Positions 6,816 through 15,868 are shown, numbered from the stretch's first letter. The stretch is 32,000 nucleotides of DNA from Flavobacteriaceae bacterium (GCA_965224465.1 OZ245049.1:930001-962000), one strand, 5' to 3'. Made by a program: numbers and translations. Notes: generated by a model from the letters alone, not told the origin.

Positions 6816-8197
6816 TGGAATTTACACTTAGTATTATATATTTATTTGCGTCGATTACATACATCCTTGGATTAAAAATGTTAGGACATCCTCAAACGGC
6901 GCGTAAAGGAAATCTAATCGCTGCCTTTGGAATGGGAATAGCCATTATAGGAACTATCTTTATTTATCCAAACAAGGTTCCAATGCTTATTTATACACTC
7001 ATAGGAATCGCTATTTTAATTGGAACTATTATTGGTTGGCTCGTCGCAAAGAAAGTAGTGATGACAAAAATGCCTGAATTAGTATCAATATTTAATGGAA
7101 TGGGAGGCGCAAGTGCTGCCCTTATAGGCCTGATAGAATTTGAACATTACCAAGGGCAAACACTATCAATTGTCACCATTTTAGCAGGAATGATTATTGG
7201 AACTATTTCTTTTTCTGGAAGCATCATTGCTTGGGGAAAACTGAACGGAAGAATTCCTAAACCAATTCGTCTTCCGAAATACAATATCATAAATAACGTG
7301 TTTTTTATAGGCTTAATTGCTTTCGCTTCTTTTATCGCATACCAAGGGATTGATAGTCAATTATATTTATACATACTCTTCTTTGGAGCATTGGCTTACG
7401 GAGTCCTGTTTGTACTTCCTATAGGTGGCGCAGACATGCCAGTAGTAATATCCCTTTTAAATTCATTTACCGGACTAGCTGCAGCATTGGGAGGTTTTTT
7501 ATATGGAAATATGGTGATGTTAACTGGTGGTATCCTTGTTGGTTCCGCTGGTACAATCCTCACTTTTACCATGTGCGATGCCATGAACAGATCCTTAAGC
7601 AGTGTTATATTCGGAGCCTTTGGTCAGGGTCATAAAAACGACGAAGCATCCCGAGAAATTGTTGGAAACATCAAAGAAACAACACCCAGTGACGTCGCTA
7701 TTTTAATGAATTACGCCAATAAAGTAATTATTGTACCAGGGTACGGACTTGCCGTTGCACAAGCACAACATATAATTCATGAATTAGAAGAGTTACTGAT
7801 AAAAAAAGGAGTAGATGTAAAGTATGCGATCCACCCTGTAGCAGGTAGAATGCCAGGACACATGAATGTGTTACTTGCGGAAACCAACGTAGATTATGAT
7901 AGGTTAAGAGAGATGGAAGATATAAATCCAGAATTTTCTAATACCGATGTTGTTTTTGTAGTGGGCGCCAATGATGTAGTAAACCCAGCCGCACACAACG
8001 ATCCGAGCAGCCCTATTTACGGAATGCCAATTTTGGAAGTAGAAAAAGCAAAATATATTGTTGTAAATAAACGAAGTATGAAACCAGGCTATGCAGGTAT
8101 TGAAAACGAATTATTTTACAATCAAAAAACAGCCATGCTCTTTGGAGATGCAAAGGATGCATTGACAAAATTAGTTGCAGAGTTAAAAAACATGTAG
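6815..8197 (+). CDS. pntB: NAD(P) transhydrogenase subunit beta
   Basis: 460 aa with multiple TM segments, then the C-terminal NADP(H) domain (IIVPGYGLAVAQAQH...HPVAGRMPGHMNVLLAE...GANDVVNP). Confidence 0.92.
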   Translation: MEFTLSIIYLFASITYILGLKMLGHPQTARKGNLIAAFGMGIAIIGTIFIYPNKVPMLIYTLIGIAILIGTIIGWLVAKKVVMTKMPELVSIFNGMGGASAALIGLIEFEHYQGQTLSIVTILAGMIIGTISFSGSIIAWGKLNGRIPKPIRLPKYNIINNVFFIGLIAFASFIAYQGIDSQLYLYILFFGALAYGVLFVLPIGGADMPVVISLLNSFTGLAAALGGFLYGNMVMLTGGILVGSAGTILTFTMCDAMNRSLSSVIFGAFGQGHKNDEASREIVGNIKETTPSDVAILMNYANKVIIVPGYGLAVAQAQHIIHELEELLIKKGVDVKYAIHPVAGRMPGHMNVLLAETNVDYDRLREMEDINPEFSNTDVVFVVGANDVVNPAAHNDPSSPIYGMPILEVEKAKYIVVNKRSMKPGYAGIENELFYNQKTAMLFGDAKDALTKLVAELKNM

Positions 8198-8210
8198 CAG
8201 TTATACCTAC

Positions 8211-8365
8211 TTACAATCCAAAATGACAGATATAAATAGTTTGTTTTATATTCTAGTGTTATTAAAAAACAGAACGATAGTTAAGGTTATCCCTAGATTT
8301 TTCGCCTAGTTAAAACAAAAATTAATTCCATTTATAAACCGTCACTCGGAAATGTATTGGTATTG
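8211..8365 (+). repeat. Single full-length A+B copy of the intergenic repeat family
   Basis: Starts ttacaatccaaaatgacagatataaatag 13 nt after the pntB stop. Aligns to array unit 6 plus module B at roughly 85 percent identity by eye. Core ATAAACCGTCACTCGG lies at 8334-8349. Confidence 0.9.
8223..8309 (+). other. Candidate 28-codon mini-ORF in the single-copy element
   Basis: Manual translation gives MTDINSLFYILVLLKNRTIVKVIPRFFA. ATG, TAG and length are the same as in the array copies despite 13 nt differences from unit 6. Confidence 0.3.
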
Positions 8366-8382
8366 CTTCTTAAATTATTTAG

Positions 8383-8416
8383 AAGACACGTCTTTTTAGA
8401 CGTGTCTTTTTATTTT
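8383..8416 (+). terminator. Rho-independent terminator after pntB plus the repeat element
   Basis: AAGACACGTC-TTTTTA-GACGTGTCTT, a perfect 10-bp stem followed by TTTATTTT. Confidence 0.8.
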
Positions 8417-8572
8417 AAAAAATCAACAATCAGGAATTACACTTTATAAATACGGTAACAATCCAGAAAAAATAAATATTATTTTTAAGGCACGCATTAA
8501 AAACAAGACACTTTCATTATGATAAAAAACATGAAATTTATCAGTTTTATAAAAAATTCCGTTTAAATTCAT

Positions 8573-8580
8573 TATTTTTG
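8573..8580 (+). promoter_or_regulatory. Candidate Bacteroidota -7 box (TAnnTTTG)
   Basis: tatttttg lies 24 nt upstream of the ATG at 8604. Confidence 0.35.
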
Positions 8581-8603
8581 TTCTTGAATCAAAAAAAAAC
8601 AAA

Positions 8604-10058
8604 ATGGCAATCGTTTTAAAAGGAGACACTGTAATTATTGATGTCCCTTCTGCAAAATCTAAAGCATTAAAAATCAATCTAAACCAGAATGTTTACGGAA
8701 CTTTTGCCGAAATTGGAGCAGGACAAGAAACTGCGCGTCACTTTTTTAGAGCTGGAGGTGCTTCAGGAACAATTGCAAAAGCAATGAGTGCCTATGACAA
8801 GGATTTTTCAGATGCCATTTATGGAATAGAAAAAGATGGTCGCTATGTAACCGAAAAACGTTTAAAAGGAATGCTCTCTCATGAATTAGAACTCATGGAA
8901 GATAGATTGAGCAGAAAAAAACATCCTGAAAAAATATTCTTCACCTATGCCAATACGGTAACTACCATAGATTTTGTAAAGAAATTTAAAGGCCACGGAT
9001 GGCTAGGAATTAAATTCCAACTGGATCCCTTAGAAGCCTATAACGAAATTATATTACACGTACGTTTTAAAGAGAATGATGCAAAACAGCAACAGGAAAC
9101 CTTAGGATTATTGGGTGTGAATTTAATATATGGTTCCTTTTATTTACACGACAACCCCAAAGAACTATTAAAATCACTCTATCATAATATAGAAGCCGAC
9201 CAGATAGAATTAGACATGATTAATTTTTCTGGACCACGGTTTTCTTATGTAGATAATAGGTTGATGAGTTTATTGCTGGTTAAAAACGGTTTCACTAATG
9301 CCGTAATGTTCGGCCCTGATGGAAACAATCTTTTGCCTGCACAACAATTGTATAAAGCAAACATATTGGCTTTACGAGGAAGCTTTAGACCCGTAACCAA
9401 AGTAAACATAGAAATGTTTGAATTGGCACGTGAAATGTTTTTAAGCGAAACAAAAGTAGACGAAGAACACACCAAAATAATTTTCGAAATTACATTGACA
9501 AATTTAATTTCGGGAGGTAAAATTGACGAAAGAGACTTTCTTGACCGCGCAGAATTATTATGTTCTTTAGGACAAAATGTAATGATTACAAACTATCAAG
9601 AATATTACAAACTGGTAGAATACTTTTCTGAATTCACTAAAAAACGTATTGGACTGGCGATGGGAGTGTACAATTTTGTACAAATTTTTGACGAAAAATA
9701 CTATCGCAATTTAAGTGGTGGTATCTTAGAAGCCTTTGGGAAATTATTCTTCAAAGATTTAAAAATTTACTTATACCCTCTAAAAGACCAACGCACAGGA
9801 GAAATAAAAACCAGCGAAAACCTAAAGGTACACCCACGTATGAAAGAATTGTATAAATTCTTTAAATACAATGGAAAAGTTGTAGATATTAAAAACTACA
9901 CCCCAGAAATACTTGGAGTTTTCTCTCGTACAATCTTAAAAATGATAGAAAATGGTGAAGCTGGATGGGAAGAAATGCTCCCTTCTGGAATTGCAGAAAT
10001 CATAAAAGAAGAACGCTTATTTGGATATTCTAGACGTAAATTTATTTCTAAAAAATAG
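8604..10058 (+). CDS. Conserved cytoplasmic protein of unknown function
   Basis: 484-aa ORF with uniform coding look, no signal peptide or TM segment and no motif I can assign. N-terminal region reads GTFAEIGAGQETARHFFRAGGASGTIAKAMSAYD. Confidence 0.75.
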   Translation: MAIVLKGDTVIIDVPSAKSKALKINLNQNVYGTFAEIGAGQETARHFFRAGGASGTIAKAMSAYDKDFSDAIYGIEKDGRYVTEKRLKGMLSHELELMEDRLSRKKHPEKIFFTYANTVTTIDFVKKFKGHGWLGIKFQLDPLEAYNEIILHVRFKENDAKQQQETLGLLGVNLIYGSFYLHDNPKELLKSLYHNIEADQIELDMINFSGPRFSYVDNRLMSLLLVKNGFTNAVMFGPDGNNLLPAQQLYKANILALRGSFRPVTKVNIEMFELAREMFLSETKVDEEHTKIIFEITLTNLISGGKIDERDFLDRAELLCSLGQNVMITNYQEYYKLVEYFSEFTKKRIGLAMGVYNFVQIFDEKYYRNLSGGILEAFGKLFFKDLKIYLYPLKDQRTGEIKTSENLKVHPRMKELYKFFKYNGKVVDIKNYTPEILGVFSRTILKMIENGEAGWEEMLPSGIAEIIKEERLFGYSRRKFISKK

Positions 10059-10069
10059 ATTTGCACTAA

Positions 10070-10228
10070 TTACAAACAAAGATAACCGATATAAATAGTT
10101 CATATAACGATCTAAAACAACTAAAAAACAGAACGATAGCAAGGATATCCTTTGATGTATCGCCTAGCTTAAACAAAAAAACAAATACATTTCTAAACCG
10201 ACACTTGGAAATGTATTTGGTATTACAA
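10070..10228 (+). repeat. Degenerate single A+B copy of the intergenic repeat family
   Basis: Starts ttacaaacaaagataaccgatataaatag 11 nt after the upstream stop. The B module is very well conserved, with core CTAAACCGACACTTGG at 10193-10208 inside a 12-bp stem (caaatacatttc/gaaatgtatttg). In the A module the mini-ORF has ATA instead of ATG and a 1-nt frame change before the stop. Confidence 0.85.
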
Positions 10229-10275
10229 ACCTTTATTAAACCATTTCCTTTATAGGCAGTCTAAACTAAAAAAAA

Positions 10276-10818
10276 GTGAACGACGAACGCGAACTAATTA
10301 CAGCATTACAAACCATAGATACGAAAGAAAAAGCCTTTCGTCAACTAATGACGCTGTATAAAGAACGCCTGTATTGGCATATCCGGAAGATTGTTATTTC
10401 TCATGATGATGCAGATGATGTGCTCCAAAACACGTTTATCAAGGTTTTTAAAAATATTCAGAATTTTAAAGGAGATAGTAAACTGTATTCTTGGATGTAC
10501 CGCATAGCTACAAATGAGTCTATAACATTACTTCATAAAAGAGCAAAAGAGAGACATGTAGATATAAGTGATGTATACTCCGAACTTGGAAAATCCTTGC
10601 AATCTGACGTGTATTTTTCTGGTGATGAAATTCAGCTTGTATTGCAAAAGGCAATATTAACCTTGCCTCAAAAACAACAATTAGTATTTAATATGAAATA
10701 CTATGACGCATTAAAATACAAGGAGATTTCCGAAATTTTAGACACCTCAATTGGCGCCTTAAAAGCCTCTTATTTTCATGCTGTAAAAAAAATTGAGAAA
10801 ATAATAAAAAACCATTAA
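10276..10818 (+). CDS. ECF-type RNA polymerase sigma-70 family factor
   Basis: 180 aa with region 2 (DDADDVLQNTFIKVF...YSWMYRIATNE) and region 4 HTH (YKEISEILDTSIGALKASYFHAVKKI). GTG start with an in-frame TAA three codons upstream. Confidence 0.88.
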   Translation: MNDERELITALQTIDTKEKAFRQLMTLYKERLYWHIRKIVISHDDADDVLQNTFIKVFKNIQNFKGDSKLYSWMYRIATNESITLLHKRAKERHVDISDVYSELGKSLQSDVYFSGDEIQLVLQKAILTLPQKQQLVFNMKYYDALKYKEISEILDTSIGALKASYFHAVKKIEKIIKNH

Positions 10819-10851
10819 ACCAACTACATAAAACAAGGTCTAACTTATAGA

Positions 10852-11484
10852 ATGAAACCTACAAATAAACATAACATCCAATTATTGAATGATATTCCTA
10901 GAGAAAATAATTTTAAACTTCCTAAGGACTATTTCAAAACTGTTGAAGAAATCATATCTTCCACTGTTTATTTGCAACAAAAACACACTTCAGACAGCAA
11001 AATAATGTCTGTCCCCAATGGGTATTTTGACTCCATTGAAACTTCCATTGTTTCAAAACTTAAAGAAGAAGAAGTAGAAGAGACTAAAAAACAAGCTTTA
11101 TCCAATACAATTCCTACGGATTATTTTGAAACACTAGAAGATCGCGTATTTAAACGTCTTCCAAAACCAAAGCGTATCACACCATTTAAAAAAGTTTTAA
11201 AAACTGCATTTGCCCCTATTGCTATAGCAGCATCTTTATTGCTTATTGTTACTTTGGGAAACCTACATAAAGCAAACCCTATTAGTACGTTTGATACTAT
11301 TTCTAGCAACGATATTGAAGCTTGGATAGCAAGTGGAGATTTATTTTTTGACACAGAAGATTTCACAGAACTAATTACAGATAAAACCTTAGAATTTGAT
11401 ACTTTTAGTAATATCTATACCGATGAGCAAGCAATGGAATTCTTAGGAGAAACCGACTTAGAAAACATACTATTTGAAGAATAA
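10852..11484 (+). CDS. Single-pass membrane protein, putative anti-sigma factor
   Basis: Lies immediately downstream of the ECF sigma gene. One TM segment (AFAPIAIAASLLLIVTLGNL) and an acidic C-terminal domain. Function is inferred from position only. Confidence 0.55.
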   Translation: MKPTNKHNIQLLNDIPRENNFKLPKDYFKTVEEIISSTVYLQQKHTSDSKIMSVPNGYFDSIETSIVSKLKEEEVEETKKQALSNTIPTDYFETLEDRVFKRLPKPKRITPFKKVLKTAFAPIAIAASLLLIVTLGNLHKANPISTFDTISSNDIEAWIASGDLFFDTEDFTELITDKTLEFDTFSNIYTDEQAMEFLGETDLENILFEE

Positions 11485-11560
11485 ACAACAAACAGACCTA
11501 GACAACAATTGGCGAACGCCAAAACATATTATAAACCGTCTATCCTACAAAAAAAACAGA

Positions 11561-12034
11561 ATGATGAAAAAAAATCTCTTATTTTTTTTCTTGGTGACAT
11601 TTGGACTTCTGAGCAATATACATGCACAAAGAAAACACAGAATAAACCATGAAAAATTCAAAGCATTAAAAACCGCTTTTATCACAGACAAATTGGACTT
11701 AACCGTAAAGGAAGCTGAAAAGTTTTGGCCTATTTATAACGCATATCACAAAGCACATAAAAAATTAAGTTATCAATTAGAACACGACATCAAAAAAAAG
11801 ATAGACGATCTCGGAGGCATTGAAAATTTATCAAAAAATGAAGCTGATAAAATTCTGGAAAAAATTGTAAGATTAAAAAAACAAAAATCCAAGTTAAGTG
11901 AACAATTATACCCCGACTTAAAAAAAGTGATTTCTGCAAAAAAAATAATTCTACTCACAAAATCTGAACGTGATTTTAGACATAAAATATTTAGAGAATA
12001 CAAAAGACAAAGAAGAAATCATTCAAATAGATAA
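11561..12034 (+). CDS. Secreted basic helical protein (possible Spy/CpxP-like periplasmic partner of the ECF system)
   Basis: ORF 11474..12034 starts at TTG. The ATG at 11561 gives the signal peptide MMKKNLLFFFLVTFGLLSNIHAQ. Lys/Arg-rich with an LTxxE-type repeat (LDLTVKEAEKFWPIY). Confidence 0.55.
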   Translation: MMKKNLLFFFLVTFGLLSNIHAQRKHRINHEKFKALKTAFITDKLDLTVKEAEKFWPIYNAYHKAHKKLSYQLEHDIKKKIDDLGGIENLSKNEADKILEKIVRLKKQKSKLSEQLYPDLKKVISAKKIILLTKSERDFRHKIFREYKRQRRNHSNR

Positions 12035-12051
12035 GTAGAAAAAAAATGCAA

Positions 12052-12104
12052 CCTATGATTATAAAGCAATCCATTTATAACCATAGGCAGGTGTTTTTTT
12101 TTTT
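12052..12104. terminator. Bidirectional terminator hairpin between convergent genes
   Basis: cctatgattataaa / tttataaccatagg, a 14-bp stem with one mismatch and an 8-nt loop, followed by a T10 run; an A-run precedes it. Confidence 0.7.
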
Positions 12105-12123
12105 GAATACTGTTTTAAAACAA

Positions 12124-13257
12124 CTAGATAATTCCTTTCAATACAGCGATTACGCTATCTATTTCTTCTTTGGTATTGAGTTTACTAAACGAAAAACGCA
12201 CTGATGTTTTATCCGCATCTTCTGAAGATAGAATTGTATTTAGCACATGTGACCCCTTACTGCTACCACTCTGGCAGGCACTTCCCCCAGATGCGGCTAT
12301 CCCTTTTAAGTCTAAATTAAATAATAGCATTCCGTAATTTCTAGGAAAACGTACATTCAAAATGATATGACTTGATTTAGAGCCCTCATTCGAATTCCCA
12401 TTATAAGCAATTCCTTCAAAACTATCATTTAACCTATTGATGAAATACGTTTTCAAAGACTGGATATATTCCGTATCCTCCATGATAGCATCACAGCCCA
12501 CTTGCATGGCTTTTCCCATCCCAATAATAGCATGCACATTTTCCGTTCCAGCACGTGCTCCTTTCTCTTGTTCACCACCGTGTAGTATTGGTTGAATTCC
12601 AAAGCCTTTTTTAATATAAGCAAAACCAACACCTTTTGGTCCGTGAAATTTATGGGCACTCGCTACCATAAAATCAATAGGAGTTTCTTTTAAATCAATC
12701 TTAAAATGTGCCACTCCTTGAACCGTATCCGAATGAAAAAGTGCCCCGTGTTGTTCACACAACAGGCTTACTTTTTTCAAATCTAACAGCGTACCAATCT
12801 CATTATTTATATACATTAAGCTCACCAATACTTTGGTGTCTGTACCCGATAACAAATGCACTAAATGGCTGTAGTCTACCGTTCCAAACTCGTCTACATC
12901 CACATCCAATACTTGAATGTTAAATTCTTTTTTTAAGGATGCAATGGTGTGCAAAACTGCATGGTGCTCAATTTTAGAAGAGATGATTGTTTGTACACCT
13001 AAATTGACTACGGCATTTCTTAAAATCAGATTATCCGCCTCGCTACCTCCAGCTGTAAAGATAATTTCGCTAGAATTTACATTCAAATAACCCGCTATAT
13101 TTTTACGTACTGTTTCCACTGCAGATTTTGCCGTCCTCCCTAATTTATGAATAGAGGATGGATTTCCAAAATTTGTTTTCATAGATTCAGCGACCACCTC
13201 TATAACGGATGGAATTATCGGTGTTGTTGCGGCATTATCAAAATATATTGTATTCAT
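12124..13257 (-). CDS. Cysteine desulfurase (NifS/IscS-type class V aminotransferase)
   Basis: 377 aa with PLP-lysine motif SAHKFHGPKGVG and active-site loop SGGSACQSG. Confidence 0.88.
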   Translation of the reverse strand: MNTIYFDNAATTPIIPSVIEVVAESMKTNFGNPSSIHKLGRTAKSAVETVRKNIAGYLNVNSSEIIFTAGGSEADNLILRNAVVNLGVQTIISSKIEHHAVLHTIASLKKEFNIQVLDVDVDEFGTVDYSHLVHLLSGTDTKVLVSLMYINNEIGTLLDLKKVSLLCEQHGALFHSDTVQGVAHFKIDLKETPIDFMVASAHKFHGPKGVGFAYIKKGFGIQPILHGGEQEKGARAGTENVHAIIGMGKAMQVGCDAIMEDTEYIQSLKTYFINRLNDSFEGIAYNGNSNEGSKSSHIILNVRFPRNYGMLLFNLDLKGIAASGGSACQSGSSKGSHVLNTILSSEDADKTSVRFSFSKLNTKEEIDSVIAVLKGII

Positions 13258-13279
13258 TGTTGCATACTTTTTTACACTA

Positions 13280-13287
13280 CAAAAGTA
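13280..13287 (-). promoter_or_regulatory. Candidate -7 box (TAnnTTTG) for the cysteine desulfurase gene
   Basis: Minus-strand tacttttg, 23 nt upstream of the ATG at 13257. Confidence 0.35.
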
Positions 13288-13339
13288 GTTAAAAATTAGA
13301 ATTCTATCATTTTAAAACTTCACAATCACAAAAATCAAG

Positions 13340-13347
13340 TACATTTG
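13340..13347 (+). promoter_or_regulatory. Candidate -7 box (TAnnTTTG) for the lipoprotein gene
   Basis: tacatttg, 41 nt upstream of the ATG at 13388. Confidence 0.35.
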
Positions 13348-13387
13348 CATTGCTTAAAGCGTTTAAATTATAGAAACCCGTTTAAAT

Positions 13388-13876
13388 ATGAAAAAAGTCC
13401 TCTTATTATTAAGTGTTGTTATGTTATTTTCTTGTAATGATGGTGATTTTGAAGTACCTTCTATGGAGTTTAAAGCAAGTATTTCTGAATGTGGAGATTT
13501 ATTACTCTACAGACTTAACGAATCCGGTACAGAGTCCATTGCAATTTCTCTTTCAAAAAGTGATTTTGAGCAAAAAGTAGGTAAAAAAATCATCAATTTA
13601 GGAAAAACTATTAAGGTGACATACCTTATTTTTGATGCAAAAGTAGGTGCTAATTACTTTTGCAATAACATTCCTCCTACAAGCCCAAAAGTTCTGCAAA
13701 CCTATACCGCTACCAGTGGTAAAATAGTACTCAATGCTATAGAAGTTACCGATGATGACAAGAAAATAACAGGGTATAACTACACCATTGTACTTACCGA
13801 TTTAATCTTAGACAATGGCAAAGAGAAAATAGGTTATGCCTCTTTTGATTTCGGAAAAGTAACTCGTAATTTATAA
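13388..13876 (+). CDS. Lipoprotein of unknown function
   Basis: 162 aa with lipobox-like signal MKKVLLLLSVVMLFSC. Confidence 0.7.
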   Translation: MKKVLLLLSVVMLFSCNDGDFEVPSMEFKASISECGDLLLYRLNESGTESIAISLSKSDFEQKVGKKIINLGKTIKVTYLIFDAKVGANYFCNNIPPTSPKVLQTYTATSGKIVLNAIEVTDDDKKITGYNYTIVLTDLILDNGKEKIGYASFDFGKVTRNL

Positions 13877-13929
13877 ACCAACCTTTCTTTGACAAAGAAA
13901 ATTTAGTCCTAATAAAAGTTTTTTTTTTC

Positions 13930-13968
13930 AATAACAGCTATCGTAATAACAGCTATCGTAATAACAGC
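13930..13968 (+). repeat. 15-bp tandem repeat aataacagctatcgt, about 2.6 copies
   Basis: Copies at 13930-13944 and 13945-13959, then a partial copy at 13960-13968. The reverse complement contains acgatagct, which is the module A hairpin arm. Confidence 0.85.
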
Positions 13969-14077
13969 ATTTTGTATTGAATTACCTTCGATTTACAGTC
14001 TTATTTCTCGTTCGTTTTTAATAACTCTTTGTGTTTTTTTTTAAGGGATATACATTTTTTATTGCTAAAGCATGTAG

Positions 14078-14118
14078 TTCTATTGCTAAACCTTCACTTG
14101 AAAATGTATTTGGTGTTA
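14078..14118 (+). repeat. Isolated module B fragment of the intergenic repeat family
   Basis: gttctattgCTAAACCTTCACTTGAaaatgtatttggtgtta, with the core at 14086-14101. Confidence 0.75.
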
Positions 14119-14205
14119 TCGCTAATTGGATTGTTTTTTTTCCAACATAAAAACAAGTTACTGCTATGACAAAACAGAAGATACTCCATCCTAAAAACAG
14201 TGCTA

Positions 14206-14766
14206 TTACCCTGGGTTTTGTAAAATATACACCTCAGTAGCTCCCAATCCATATTTCTGAAAAGAAGCACTATACACTTCCACTGGATACCGACTAAATA
14301 AATAATCTAGTTCTGTTTTTAACACACCTTCTCCCACTCCATGCACAAATACTACTCTAGGAATACGGTTTCTAATGGCAAATTCCAATTGTCTTTTAGC
14401 GGTATCTATTTGTAAGGTAAGCATGTCATAATTACTAAATCCTCTACTCGATTTAGTTAACTGGTTGATATGTAAATCCACCTCCATGGCAGGCAACTTA
14501 TCTTTTTTATTATCACGTTTCTTCTTGATTTTTGGTTTCCCTTTTACAAAATCAATATTCTCTCTTAATAATGAATAGTTATTAATTCGAGATTTCTTAG
14601 AAATCTCATGCTGATCGGTATTTTTCTTAACCAACTCATTTTTCTTAAATTTCATAACAAAACCATCGGTGGTTTCTATGGTAACCATTTCGTTTTGAAC
14701 AGAAATTACCGCTCCACTAATCACATCATCCAACACAGCAACTAATTCTCCTTTTGTGAAATTCAT
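14206..14766 (-). CDS. Smr/MutS2-C family domain protein
   Basis: 186 aa whose C-terminal domain starts MEVDLHINQL and contains VVFVHGVGEGVLKTEL, typical of Smr domains. Confidence 0.8.
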   Translation of the reverse strand: MNFTKGELVAVLDDVISGAVISVQNEMVTIETTDGFVMKFKKNELVKKNTDQHEISKKSRINNYSLLRENIDFVKGKPKIKKKRDNKKDKLPAMEVDLHINQLTKSSRGFSNYDMLTLQIDTAKRQLEFAIRNRIPRVVFVHGVGEGVLKTELDYLFSRYPVEVYSASFQKYGLGATEVYILQNPG

Positions 14767-14809
14767 TTGTTAACTATTAATTAATTTTTAAAACAACTTT
14801 ATTCTTTTG

Positions 14810-14817
14810 CAAATGTA
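14810..14817 (-). promoter_or_regulatory. Candidate -7 box (TAnnTTTG) for the Smr gene
   Basis: Minus-strand tacatttg, 44 nt upstream of the ATG at 14766. Confidence 0.3.
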
Positions 14818-14843
14818 TTATTATTGTATAAAAAACAAGCAAA

Positions 14844-15476
14844 ATGTCCGGATCAATCACAGGAAACCCTGAATATTTTTTCAAACAAGCATATAATAAC
14901 CTTCAATTAAGTGAAAACAGGAAATTAATATTAACTGCAATTGCAAAAGAAGCAAGTAACGAATTACTTAAAGGAAATCCCGTAAATTTTAATTTTATTT
15001 GTACACATAATTCTAGACGGAGTCAATTATGTCAAGTATGGGCACATTATGCGTGTCATTATTTTGAATTAGAAAACATTCAACTTTTTTCTGGAGGAAC
15101 TGCCGTCACTGCATTTTTCAGGAATACTTTAAAAACACTACAAGAGGTTGGCTTTTATTTTCAATTGACTGTGTTTTCTCATAAAAACCCAGCATATATT
15201 ATTTCTAACCCTACGCATTCACATACACTGCTCGGTTTTTCTAAATTATACGATCATTCTTCAAATAAGAAGCCTTATTTTGCCATTACAACATGTAATA
15301 ATGCAGACAAAGACTGTCCGTTTATTCCAGATGCCATGCAACGTTTTCACCTTCCGTTTATAGATCCAAAAGCACATGATAACACAGCACTACAAGATCA
15401 AATGTATTTAGAAACCAATAGTCAAATAGCAGGTGAGATGTATTTTTTGTTTTTGATTATATCATCGTCTCTATAA
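14844..15476 (+). CDS. Low-molecular-weight phosphatase family protein (ArsC/LMW-PTP-like)
   Basis: CX5R(S) P-loop CTHNSRRS. The downstream TTCNNADKDCPFIP resembles the Cys82/Cys89 region of thioredoxin-coupled arsenate reductases. No other ars genes are nearby. Confidence 0.7.
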   Translation: MSGSITGNPEYFFKQAYNNLQLSENRKLILTAIAKEASNELLKGNPVNFNFICTHNSRRSQLCQVWAHYACHYFELENIQLFSGGTAVTAFFRNTLKTLQEVGFYFQLTVFSHKNPAYIISNPTHSHTLLGFSKLYDHSSNKKPYFAITTCNNADKDCPFIPDAMQRFHLPFIDPKAHDNTALQDQMYLETNSQIAGEMYFLFLIISSSL

Positions 15477-15604
15477 TTTGTATATATTTGATTATCGAAT
15501 GCACTTTATAAAAAGGGCAAAAAACAAAATAGACCAAGAAAACGGTTAAAATGTAATCCCCGTACGTAACATTGAAAGAAATAACACATTACATAGAACT
15601 AAAC

Positions 15605-15868
15605 ATGCTCTCTTGTTCCTCTAAAAAGTACTTAGGGTCCGATTGTATGGGGTGTGGTATGCAACGCGCTATAATCCATCTTTTAAAAGGAGAATTCTTA
15701 GATGCTTTTTATATGTACCCAGCCATTTACACCCTTATTATTATGTTTGGGTATTTAGGTTTACACCTTCTATTTCAATTTAAATACGGTGCTAAAATCT
15801 TACTGTATCTATTTTACATTAACACTGCTATCATTCTAATTAATTACGGACTAAAAATTAACAATTAA
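15605..15868 (+). CDS. DUF2752-like membrane protein
   Basis: ORF 15572..15868 starts at TTG; the ATG at 15605 gives MLSCSSKKYLGSDCMGCGMQRA, the C..CxxCGxxRA signature, followed by two TM segments. Confidence 0.7.
   Translation: MLSCSSKKYLGSDCMGCGMQRAIIHLLKGEFLDAFYMYPAIYTLIIMFGYLGLHLLFQFKYGAKILLYLFYINTAIILINYGLKINN

Noticed and set aside
8444-8677. 77-aa minus-strand ORF
   Set aside because: It spans the promoter region and the first codons of the 8604 gene on the opposite strand, and has AT-rich, low-complexity composition.
14844-15476. Arsenic resistance operon
   Set aside because: Only the ArsC/LMW-phosphatase-like gene is present, with no arsR, arsB, acr3 or arsA nearby. I therefore kept the call at family level.
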